A stretch of 64,000 nucleotides of DNA from the NCBI GenBank assembly GCA_964523485.1, contig CAZFZS010000001.1:148466-212465 (forward strand). The letters run 5' to 3'. How positions within the stretch are numbered: position 1 is the stretch's first letter; every line of letters starts with the position of its first letter. Positions 19,009 to 27,526 of this stretch are shown piece after piece. Made by a program: the position numbers and the translations under genes. Source of the DNA: an uncultured Phycisphaeraceae bacterium (GTDB taxonomy: Bacteria; Planctomycetota; Phycisphaerae; Phycisphaerales; Phycisphaeraceae). The notes beneath the pieces were generated by a model, which saw only the letters and a program-made list of their open reading frames with translations, had not been told where the DNA came from and did not search any database.

Positions 19009-20144
19009 GCATTCTCGGCATCGCGAGTCTGATCCTGGCGGCACTTCCCTTCGCGATGATCTGTCGCAACCTCGCTCTCTATCGCAAACCTATCAACGCA
19101 ACGCAGCCGGGGGTGCATGCCCCCGGCCCCGCTCATCCCGCCGTCAGCGTCCTGATCCCCGCTCGCGATGAGGCAGCCAACATCGAGGCTTGCATCCAAT
19201 CCGTGCTCGATGCGGCCGAGGGGGTCGAACTCGAACTGATCGTGCTGGATGATCATTCCACCGATGACACCGCCGCGATCGTCAGCCGACTCTCACAAGC
19301 CGATCCACGCATCCGCCTCGAACACGCCCCCGACTTGCCCCAAGGCTGGGTCGGCAAGCAGCACGCCTGCTGGGTTCTCGCTCAGCGGGCTACGCACGAC
19401 ACCCTCATCTGGATCGATGCCGACGTCCGACTCGCCCCCGGAAGTTTCCCCGGTAGTCTCCACGCCTTGGCCCAACAACTCGCAACCGGCGAGGCCAAGC
19501 TCATCAGCGGCGTGCCCCGCCAAATCACCGGCTCGGCCATGGAACGTTTGATCGTCCCGCAAGTCCTGCTCGTCCTTCTTGGATACCTGCCCATCGACCG
19601 GATGCGGCAGTCCACTCAACCCGGACTCGGCGCGGGTTGTGGCCAACTCTTCGTCGCCGACCGCAAAGCTTATTTTGAGACCGGTGGGCACGAGCAGATC
19701 AAATGGACGATGCACGACGGTGTCGCGCTGCCCCGGTTGTTTCGCCGACATAATTTCCTCACCGACCTGTTTGATGCGACCGAGACGGCGACCTGTCGGA
19801 TGTATGAAGGCACGTCCGCGACTTGGCGGGGATTTATGAAAAACGCGACCGAAGGCATGGCTTCACCGATCGCCATTGTGCCGTGGACCGTGCTGCTAAT
19901 CGGCGGACATGTTTTGCCTTGGGTCCTGATTGCGTGTGGCGTGCTGACCTGGCCGGTGCTGATCGCGTGCGGCTTGAGTTTGGCGATGAGTGTCGCGTTG
20001 GCACTTCGCTTTAAGCAGGGCATCTATGCCGCGGTGCTTCGGCCGATCGGTGTGATGTTGCTGGTGATGCTGCAATGGCAGGCGCTATTCAATCGGTTGC
20101 GTGGCAAGCAGCCGACTTGGCGTGGCCGGGCGATCACGGACTGA
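19005..20144 (+). CDS. crtQ: GT2 glycosyltransferase (CrtQ-like diapocarotenoate glycosyltransferase)
   Basis: VLIPARDE, LDDHSTD, GWVGKQHAC, WIDADV, GCGQ, CRMY; N- and C-terminal TM segments. Confidence 0.82.
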   Translation: MSILGIASLILAALPFAMICRNLALYRKPINATQPGVHAPGPAHPAVSVLIPARDEAANIEACIQSVLDAAEGVELELIVLDDHSTDDTAAIVSRLSQADPRIRLEHAPDLPQGWVGKQHACWVLAQRATHDTLIWIDADVRLAPGSFPGSLHALAQQLATGEAKLISGVPRQITGSAMERLIVPQVLLVLLGYLPIDRMRQSTQPGLGAGCGQLFVADRKAYFETGGHEQIKWTMHDGVALPRLFRRHNFLTDLFDATETATCRMYEGTSATWRGFMKNATEGMASPIAIVPWTVLLIGGHVLPWVLIACGVLTWPVLIACGLSLAMSVALALRFKQGIYAAVLRPIGVMLLVMLQWQALFNRLRGKQPTWRGRAITD

Positions 20145-20799
20145 GCCGCTGCAGCGACCAGCCCGACTCGGCCTGGTCATCGCGGACATAGCGCATCCGG
20201 TCATGCAACCTTGAGGGTTGGCCCTGCCAGAACTCGATGCGTCGTGGCACGACCCGGTATCCGCCCCAGTCCGCCGGCACGGGGATTGGCTGATCGTCGC
20301 CATATTTCGCTTTCAATTCTTCAAACTTCTCGTCCAGCACGTCCCGGCTGGGGATCACCGCGGACTGGTCCGAGCACCACGCGCCGAGCTGACTGGCCCG
20401 GGGTCGGCTAGCGAAATAGGTTGCAGTTTCTTGAGCATCGATCTTGCTGACATTGCCGACTACCCGCACGCATCGCTGTGCCCGGCCCCAGAAAAAATTC
20501 ATCGCCGCCCGCGGGTTCTCCGACAATTGCTTCGCCTTGTCGCTGGTGTAATTCGTGAAAAACACGAAGCCGCGATCGGCACCAGCGTCCTTCGAGTCCA
20601 CGCTCTTGAGCAAAAGCGTCCGTGCATCCGGCTCGCCGTCTGCCGAGGCGGTCGCCAACGTGAAAGCATTCGGCTCGACCACCATCGCCGCCTTTGCTGC
20701 GTAAAACCACTCGGTGAATTGCTCGAACGGATCGGCTTTCATCGACTGCAGATCGACGGCCGGCTGGTTGTATTCCTGACGAAGTTGGTGAATTGCCAT
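20134..20799 (-). CDS. pdxH: Pyridoxamine 5'-phosphate oxidase
   Basis: EPNAFTLAT, RTLLLK, FFTNYTSDKA, YFASRPRASQLGAWCS, EFWQGQPSRLHDR. Confidence 0.96.
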   Translation of the reverse strand: MAIHQLRQEYNQPAVDLQSMKADPFEQFTEWFYAAKAAMVVEPNAFTLATASADGEPDARTLLLKSVDSKDAGADRGFVFFTNYTSDKAKQLSENPRAAMNFFWGRAQRCVRVVGNVSKIDAQETATYFASRPRASQLGAWCSDQSAVIPSRDVLDEKFEELKAKYGDDQPIPVPADWGGYRVVPRRIEFWQGQPSRLHDRMRYVRDDQAESGWSLQRLSP

Positions 20800-20972
20800 G
20801 GTTGAATTTTACCGCGTTACCTTGCGAGGTAGGGCAATGTAGTTCGACTACCTAGTAGGCTTGTATGAACCTGCTGCCATTCGCGAAGTAAATTTTCTCG
20901 CGGAGATAGAACCTGCGGTCCTCGCGTCCTACGCTTTAGCCGTTCCCTTATTTCAAACAAAGGAAGACGAAG

Positions 20973-21173
20973 ATGGACGACACGCAGAATTGGCCGGACC
21001 TCGCGATTGGGCTTTACGATCGGCTGACCGGCCGCGGGGCGGAGATCACCTACGAGTTCGAAAAGATGCAGGTGTCGATCCCCTCTTCGACCAGCGACAA
21101 CGCGAAGCAGGCGACCTGGACGCTCGATGGCGTGCTGAAAATCCGCACCCGTGACAACGCCTCCGAGGGCTGA
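20973..21173 (+). CDS. Small hypothetical protein (66 aa)
   Basis: AAGGAAG SD-like sequence upstream; protein-like composition (WPDLAIGLYDRLTGRGAEITYEF); stop abuts the next start. Confidence 0.75.
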   Translation: MDDTQNWPDLAIGLYDRLTGRGAEITYEFEKMQVSIPSSTSDNAKQATWTLDGVLKIRTRDNASEG

Positions 21174-21557
21174 ATGTCTGTCGATATCACCGGCAAAGCC
21201 ACCGCGACACAAGGCGACGCGGTCATCGAACTGCTCGGCGAAGGGCAGACGCTTTTGATCAAAGCGGACTCGCTGGACACATTGCGATCGCTCAAACCCA
21301 AGCGGTCGAATGCCGAAGGCGATGCAGGCAAAAAGGACGGCGTTTTCTCACTCACGGGCTCGGCGAGTCAGGCGAAAAAGCTTACCGCGATGCTCGAGAA
21401 GATGGGCCTGACCGTCAAGGTGCAGGTCGAAGACGAGGTCGTTGCCACTGTCGGGGCAGGCGTCGAAACCGGCTGGCTGGAGGAGAAGCTGGGATTCGAT
21501 GGCGTCGACATCAACAAGTGGCAGCTCATCAAGTCCTACTTCAAGGGCAAAGACTGA
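21174..21557 (+). CDS. Hypothetical protein (127 aa)
   Basis: TGA-ATG junction with the upstream gene; typical codon usage. Confidence 0.75.
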   Translation: MSVDITGKATATQGDAVIELLGEGQTLLIKADSLDTLRSLKPKRSNAEGDAGKKDGVFSLTGSASQAKKLTAMLEKMGLTVKVQVEDEVVATVGAGVETGWLEEKLGFDGVDINKWQLIKSYFKGKD

Positions 21558-21603
21558 TTCGGGTTTTCAGGTCGGATGAGACCTAAGGGCTTATGCTTTA
21601 GCT

Positions 21604-23046
21604 ATGAATTTTTCGCACTATCCCGCTTGGCTAATCGCACTAACATTTCTCACGACAGCCTGCTCACCCCCGGCGTCATCTCAAAACGTCAATCAGATCT
21701 TCAAGCAGAACTGCGCTTCCTGCCACGGCATGGAACTCGAAGGCGGCAGCGCCGCGTCACTCCTCGACGATGAGTGGGCTGGCGGCAGTAGCGATCGGGA
21801 CCTTTACGACGCGGTGTGGAACGGCATGAAAGACTTGGGCATGCCTGCCTATCAAGGCGGGCTGACCGAACCCGAAGCCTGGGCAACGGTGGTTTATATC
21901 CGTGAAAAGCGGTACGCCAAGCAGCGCGAGCTGGAGGGAAACGCCAAGCCGAATAATGGTGTGTACAGCACCCAGTATCACGACTACCGCGTCGAAACAG
22001 TGATCCCCGGGGCGCCGAATTTCGATCGGCCGTGGGCGATTGATTTTCTTCCAGACGGGACACCGCTGGTGACTGAACGGGCTGGCACGCTCTATCTGAT
22101 CCGGGACGGCAAGCTGCGGCCGATTGACAGCACGCCCGATGTATGGGCCAAGGGGCAGGGCGGGCTGCTTGAAGTAGCCGTTGCCCCCGGCGATTCAGGC
22201 GATGGCTCGCCCTGGGTTTACCTAGCGTATTCAGTCAACACGCAACGTAACCGCGGCGAGGGCAACACTGCGATCGCGCGTGGTCGAGTCGATACGAACC
22301 AACTGAAATGGATCGACCACGAAGTGATTTACCGTCCGGACTCGAAACACGACGGCGGGTCGGGCGTGCACTTCGGCAGCCGAATTGTCTTCGACCCCGA
22401 TGGCGAACACCTCTACTTCGTCGTCGGCGAGAGAGGCGTGCAGCAGCCCGCCCAGAGTTTGAAATCGCCGGTCGGCAAGGTTCACCGGACCAAGCTCGAT
22501 GGCTCGGTCCCTGAAGGTAATCCGTTCCCGGATTCGGATCAGCCGACGACCTGGACGCTGGGCCACCGCAATCCACAGGGTTTGTCCATGCATCCCGAGA
22601 CCGGCGAGATGTATGCCGTCGAACATGGCCCGCGCGGCGGCGACGAGATCAACCGCCTCGAGCCCGGTCGAAACTTCGGTTGGCCAACCGTCGCCTACTC
22701 GATCAACTACAACGGCCAACCCTTCGGCGAGATCGCCCCATTCCACGAGGAAGCCGGCTTCGACGAACCGGTCTACTACTGGCTGCCCAGCATCGCGATT
22801 TGCGGCACGGCGTTCTACACCGGCGAGCAATTCCCACAATGGCAAAACGACCTGTTCGTCGCTGCACTGGCCAAGCAGGAAATCCACCGCGTCCGCTTCG
22901 ATGAATCTGGCGATCAGGTCATCGAGGACGAGGTGCTGCTGCGCGGCATCGGCCGCGTCCGCGACGTCGCCACCGGCCCGGACGGTGCGCTGTGGGTCGC
23001 GGTCGAACGACCCGGTCGTATCTTGAAACTGGTGCCAGCTGAATAA
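21604..23046 (+). CDS. PQQ-dependent sugar (glucose/sorbosone) dehydrogenase lipoprotein with N-terminal cytochrome c
   Basis: Lipobox LTTAC, CASCH heme motif, GQGGLLEV, HFGSRI, GHRNPQG, EHGPRGGDEIN, GRVRDV. Confidence 0.9.
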   Translation: MNFSHYPAWLIALTFLTTACSPPASSQNVNQIFKQNCASCHGMELEGGSAASLLDDEWAGGSSDRDLYDAVWNGMKDLGMPAYQGGLTEPEAWATVVYIREKRYAKQRELEGNAKPNNGVYSTQYHDYRVETVIPGAPNFDRPWAIDFLPDGTPLVTERAGTLYLIRDGKLRPIDSTPDVWAKGQGGLLEVAVAPGDSGDGSPWVYLAYSVNTQRNRGEGNTAIARGRVDTNQLKWIDHEVIYRPDSKHDGGSGVHFGSRIVFDPDGEHLYFVVGERGVQQPAQSLKSPVGKVHRTKLDGSVPEGNPFPDSDQPTTWTLGHRNPQGLSMHPETGEMYAVEHGPRGGDEINRLEPGRNFGWPTVAYSINYNGQPFGEIAPFHEEAGFDEPVYYWLPSIAICGTAFYTGEQFPQWQNDLFVAALAKQEIHRVRFDESGDQVIEDEVLLRGIGRVRDVATGPDGALWVAVERPGRILKLVPAE

Positions 23047-23049
23047 TAT

Positions 23050-24588
23050 TTAATCGGTCGTGACCTCGCCAATAAACCGCTCCGCAGCGTTGAGAATCTT
23101 TTCTTTACGCTCGGCCTTCGTGCGGTCGAACGTGCCGACCATCACCGCGAGTCTCGCGTTGCCTTTGAAAAAGTCACGCTGATTATCGACGAATCGCCAG
23201 TACAGCCCGTCCATGATGTCGGTCCATTCGCCGTTGGAAAACGCGGTGTCGTCGCTCATCTTCTTCAGGTAGTTGCTCCCCGCTGAATAAGGCTTGGTCG
23301 CGAACAGCCCACCGTCGCTGACCAGCCCCATGCCATAGACATTCGGCCCCATCACCCAGTCGCTTGAATCGACGAACATCTCCATGAACCAGTCGTGGAC
23401 CACCTTCGGCTCGAGTTCGCAGAGGTTCATGCAGTTGCCCAGCACCATCAGCCGTTCGATGTGATGCGTCCAGCCGAGCTTGACGGCCTTCTTGATCGCA
23501 TCATCCAACGGCGGCAGGCCGGTCGTGCCGTCGTACCAGCAAGGCTTCATCTTGCGGTGATGCCCCCACGCATTCGCTTCTTCCTGCTGCTCGCTGTGAT
23601 GCTGATACACCCCGCGGATGAACTCGCGCCAGCCGATGATCTGGCGGACGAAACCTTCCAGTGAATTCATTGGGACATCACCCCCGGAAGTCTCTGCAAA
23701 CTCAATTGCCCGGTCGATAATTTCTTCCGGCGTGATCAGGCCGAGGTTGATCATCGGCGAAACCACGCTGTGAAATAGCACCGGGTCGCGGTTGCTCAAA
23801 GCGTCTTCATACGGGCCGAATTCCTTGAAGCGCGTCTCGAAGAATTTACGAAGCCAGGCCAGCGATTGGCGGCGGGTCGTGGGCAGCCAAAAGTTTTCGA
23901 CCTCGCCGGGGTGGTCGGGGAACATCTCGGCGACCATCGCTTTGACATCCTCGACATGGTCCAGCGGATCGGCCCAAGGCGTTTCGGGGATTGGCTGCAT
24001 CTCAGGCAACTTCTCGCGATTCAGCTCATCAAAGCTCCACTTCCCGCCCACGGGTTTGCCTTGCTTGGTCGTAAGAATGTTGAGCCGACGGCGTTGCCAT
24101 TTGTAAAAGTCCGCCATGAAAAGCTTCCCGTCTGCATCATCCAGGTATTCCGCGAAGTCCTGCCGGGAGGTCAGAAACATCGGGCTGGGCAGGATTTTCA
24201 GCTGCAGGCCACGGTCATCGGCGAACGCCTCCATGCGTGACTCGAAGAATTTGTCTTCGATCTCGAACATAACCAGGCGGTCGAACGATTTACTTTTCAG
24301 GCCGTCGATGTAGTCGGCCAATTTTTGCTCGTAACTCGCCTTACGCTCTTTTTCAAATTGACGATCAAGTCGGCTGTAATGCACCGTGCAATCGTTCGAC
24401 CGCAGCTCATCGCGGTAGCTACGCATCGCGGCGAGGAAGAGTACAAGCTTGAGCTTGTGATGCCGGGTGTAGGTGCACAGCCCGACGTCCTCCGCCATGT
24501 AAAACGTCGCATCCCGGTGGGCTTTGAGGTGGGCAAACGGGAAGAGTTGATTGCCGAGGACAACGAAGAGATCGGCGTTACTGGGCAT
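23050..24588 (-). CDS. Cryptochrome/photolyase family protein (bacterial (6-4) photolyase class, without Fe-S cysteines)
   Basis: LGNQLF, HKLKL, GGKWSFD..NR, FGPYEDA, RQIIGWREF, HHIERLM, WVMGPNVYGM, KPY...NY; ATG at 24588. Confidence 0.92.
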   Translation of the reverse strand: MPSNADLFVVLGNQLFPFAHLKAHRDATFYMAEDVGLCTYTRHHKLKLVLFLAAMRSYRDELRSNDCTVHYSRLDRQFEKERKASYEQKLADYIDGLKSKSFDRLVMFEIEDKFFESRMEAFADDRGLQLKILPSPMFLTSRQDFAEYLDDADGKLFMADFYKWQRRRLNILTTKQGKPVGGKWSFDELNREKLPEMQPIPETPWADPLDHVEDVKAMVAEMFPDHPGEVENFWLPTTRRQSLAWLRKFFETRFKEFGPYEDALSNRDPVLFHSVVSPMINLGLITPEEIIDRAIEFAETSGGDVPMNSLEGFVRQIIGWREFIRGVYQHHSEQQEEANAWGHHRKMKPCWYDGTTGLPPLDDAIKKAVKLGWTHHIERLMVLGNCMNLCELEPKVVHDWFMEMFVDSSDWVMGPNVYGMGLVSDGGLFATKPYSAGSNYLKKMSDDTAFSNGEWTDIMDGLYWRFVDNQRDFFKGNARLAVMVGTFDRTKAERKEKILNAAERFIGEVTTD

Positions 24589-24684
24589 GTGGCAGCATAG
24601 GCGTCGCATTCGGCCGACGTCCGAACGACGGGTGGGACGCCCATCCCAATTCAGTTATGAAAACTCGCTTTCGTTGAATCGGGT

Positions 24685-26283
24685 TTACGCTGTATTCGGA
24701 CCAGCTTTTCGTGTTTCTTCGCTGGTCTGGTCGGCGTACTTTTTAAAGTTCTTTATGAACAATTCCGCCAACTTCGAGGCGGCTTGGTCGTAGGCGGCGG
24801 GGTCTTTCCAATTGTTGCGAGGCAAGAGCAAATCTTCGGGAACGCCCTCGATCTTCGTCACCACCTCGAAGCCGAAGATCGGATCGGTCTGGGTTGTTGC
24901 GTTGCCGAGTTTGTTCTGATGGATCGCGTCGATGATGGCCCGGGTGTATTTGAGTTTGATGCGTGAGCCCTGCTGATCCCCGAAAGCCCCACCGCCGGTC
25001 CAGCCGGTGTTGACCAGCCAGACGTTGGACTGGTGCTGCTTCATTTTTTCGGCAAGAAGTTCCGCGTATTTGCTTGGATGCCAAACGAGGAACGGCCCGC
25101 CGAAGCAGGGGCTGAACGTCGCCTCGGGTTCGGTGACGCCCATCTCCGTGCCGGCCACTTTCGCGGTGTAGCCGGAAATAAAGTGGTACATCGCGTGGGC
25201 GGGCGACAGTTTCGCGATGGGCGGCAGGACGCCAAACGCATCGCAGGTCAGGAAGATCACATCCGTCGGATGGCCGGCCACGCAGGGAATCTTCGCGTTA
25301 TCGATGTATTCGATCGGATAGGCGCCGCGGGTGTTCTCGGTGATGCTCGTGTCATCGAAATCGACATGACGCCCGGCCTCGTCGTAGCGCACGTTTTCCA
25401 GCACCGAGCCGAATCGCAAGGCATTGAAAATCTGCGGTTCGTTTTCACGCGAGAGGTGGATGGCTTTCGCGTAGCAGCCGCCCTCGATGTTGAAGATGCC
25501 GGTGTCGGTCCAGACGTGTTCATCGTCGCCGACGAGTTGACGGTTAGGGTCAGCAGACAACGTGGTTTTGCCTGTGCCCGACAGGCCGAACAGCAGCGAG
25601 GATCGGCCGGTCTCCGGGTCGGCCGTCGCCGAGCAGTGCATCGATAGTTGGCCTTTCTTGGGCATCAGGTAATTCATCACCGTGAAAATGCCCTTTTTCA
25701 TTTCACCGGCGTACTCCGTGCCGAGGATGACGATCTGTTGCTGGTCGATGTTGAGGTCGACGCTGGTTCGGCTGGTCATCCCGGTGACGCGCGGGTTGGC
25801 GGGGAAGCGGCCGGCGTTGAAAATCGTCCAGTCCGGCTCGCCGTAGCTCTCGCTTTCCTCCGGCGTCGGACGGATCAGCATGGTCCACATGAATAGCGCG
25901 TGGTACGGCCGTTCGCAGATCACACGGACCTTGATGCGATGCTCGGGGTCCCAACCCGCGAAGGCATCGACGATGTAAAGCTTCTTGCGTGTGTTTAGGT
26001 AATCGATCGCGCGCTGGCGGTTGATCTCGAACGTGTCTTCATCGATCGGGATGTTGACGTTGCCCCACCAGATATCGTCGGCCGAGGCAACCTGTCGGAC
26101 GATGCGTTTGTCCTTGGGAGATCGGCCGGTCTTCCCGCCGGAGTAGGCGATCAGGGCGGCGGAGTCGGCGATGGTTGATCCTTCATCACCGCGGATCGCT
26201 TCTTCGTAAAGGCTGGCGGGTGAGAGATTGCGTTTGACGTCGGCGACGGTCAGGCCGAGGTCGGCGAGGTTGTAGTTGTCCAT
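24685..26283 (-). CDS. pckA: Phosphoenolpyruvate carboxykinase (ATP)
   Basis: TGRSPKDK, GTEYAGEMKK, GLSGTGKTTLS, GDDEH, FNIEGGCYAK, TENTRGAYP; ATG at 26283. Confidence 0.98.
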   Translation of the reverse strand: MDNYNLADLGLTVADVKRNLSPASLYEEAIRGDEGSTIADSAALIAYSGGKTGRSPKDKRIVRQVASADDIWWGNVNIPIDEDTFEINRQRAIDYLNTRKKLYIVDAFAGWDPEHRIKVRVICERPYHALFMWTMLIRPTPEESESYGEPDWTIFNAGRFPANPRVTGMTSRTSVDLNIDQQQIVILGTEYAGEMKKGIFTVMNYLMPKKGQLSMHCSATADPETGRSSLLFGLSGTGKTTLSADPNRQLVGDDEHVWTDTGIFNIEGGCYAKAIHLSRENEPQIFNALRFGSVLENVRYDEAGRHVDFDDTSITENTRGAYPIEYIDNAKIPCVAGHPTDVIFLTCDAFGVLPPIAKLSPAHAMYHFISGYTAKVAGTEMGVTEPEATFSPCFGGPFLVWHPSKYAELLAEKMKQHQSNVWLVNTGWTGGGAFGDQQGSRIKLKYTRAIIDAIHQNKLGNATTQTDPIFGFEVVTKIEGVPEDLLLPRNNWKDPAAYDQAASKLAELFIKNFKKYADQTSEETRKAGPNTA

Positions 26284-26351
26284 GGGGCAAGCTCGTTCGA
26301 GGTTCGGAACGATCAGTGTACTGCGATGGCTGGATAGGGCGACGAACCGGT

Positions 26352-27134
26352 TCAAGCAGCGATGATGCGATGCGACAAACAGTCCGCGAGGATTAACGAC
26401 GCGATGATGGCGGACGCTGGACTATTGATATGGACCTGCGTAGTGAGGTCGTGAATCTGCTGATCGGCTAGAGAGACTGTGGGCGTGCTCGAGAGAAACG
26501 CGGAGAGGCCCCATGGCTGATAGGTGGTGTAATCCGGTTGGGTATGGGCGAGGTGGTAAGCCGCTGCCGCGGTGACACGCCCCTGGATTTCGCTGCTTGC
26601 CAATGCGGTTGCCAATCCTTGCAACGCCTGCAACCCGACCAGCTCGCGATACGTCCAGTGGTCCATTGCTTCGTCGACTGACTGGGGATGCAGCGGGCCG
26701 TCGGCATCAAGGTCGACCGCCTGTGTGATTGCGGATCGCACCGCTTCAAGCGATAGGTTCTTTGCCGTTGCTTTTAACAATGTCTGCCAAAGCTGTGATG
26801 AGAAATCTTCGTTTGTGTCGCTGAGTTGAATAGGTTGCGGACTGCCCCGGGCGAGTTGGTAAATGCGTATCGCGAGATGGCGGTAGGCGGGCCGGGTATG
26901 GCCGTGACCATCTTCGAATTTGACGTCGAGGTCGTCGGCCGGTGGTGAGGGGTAGTCGTCGGTTTGACTCGTTTCAGCATCGATCAACCTGCGGGCGGCG
27001 GGCAGCAGGTTCGACATGCGGTATCGTTTTTCCCCGGCGCGTGGCTGGTGCGTCCAATTGTCTCTAGCGACGTCGAGCAGTTGCTCAATTAAACGCCTCA
27101 ACGTCGGGCGGTAGTCGGTAAGATGCTCGGCCAT
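26352..27134 (-). CDS. Hypothetical protein (260 aa)
   Basis: Long ORF upstream of pckA on the same strand; helical C-terminal region (YRELVGLQAL..QPDYTTYQPW); no recognisable family. Confidence 0.65.
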   Translation of the reverse strand: MAEHLTDYRPTLRRLIEQLLDVARDNWTHQPRAGEKRYRMSNLLPAARRLIDAETSQTDDYPSPPADDLDVKFEDGHGHTRPAYRHLAIRIYQLARGSPQPIQLSDTNEDFSSQLWQTLLKATAKNLSLEAVRSAITQAVDLDADGPLHPQSVDEAMDHWTYRELVGLQALQGLATALASSEIQGRVTAAAAYHLAHTQPDYTTYQPWGLSAFLSSTPTVSLADQQIHDLTTQVHINSPASAIIASLILADCLSHRIIAA

Positions 27135-27164
27135 CCCTGCAGTTTATCCCGAGGCGATAGCACC

Positions 27165-27503
27165 ATGCCCGAATGGACCGATCTCGGCAAGACCGAGGAA
27201 TTCGATGACAGCTCACAGGTCTGCCTTGATATCGAAGGCGTGCCGGTGGTCGTGTTCAAAGTGGACGACGGCTACCGCGTCATGGCGAACGTCTGTCCGC
27301 ATGCCGGCCTGCCGCTGGGTGACGGCGAGCGGCGCGGCGACACGATTACCTGCCCGTATCACGGCTATACCTACTCGATCCGCAACGGGGCCGACCTCGA
27401 CGACCCGGAGTTCGGCCAACCCGCGACGATGTACCCCGTCCGCATCGAAGGCGACACCTTACAAGTCGACCTCGACCCACAGGACGATCCCAAGCAGATA
27501 TAG
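27165..27503 (+). CDS. Rieske [2Fe-2S] ferredoxin
   Basis: CPHAGLPL...CPYHG Rieske boxes. Confidence 0.93.
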   Translation: MPEWTDLGKTEEFDDSSQVCLDIEGVPVVVFKVDDGYRVMANVCPHAGLPLGDGERRGDTITCPYHGYTYSIRNGADLDDPEFGQPATMYPVRIEGDTLQVDLDPQDDPKQI

Positions 27504-27526
27504 AAACACACTCATCAACACTCGCC

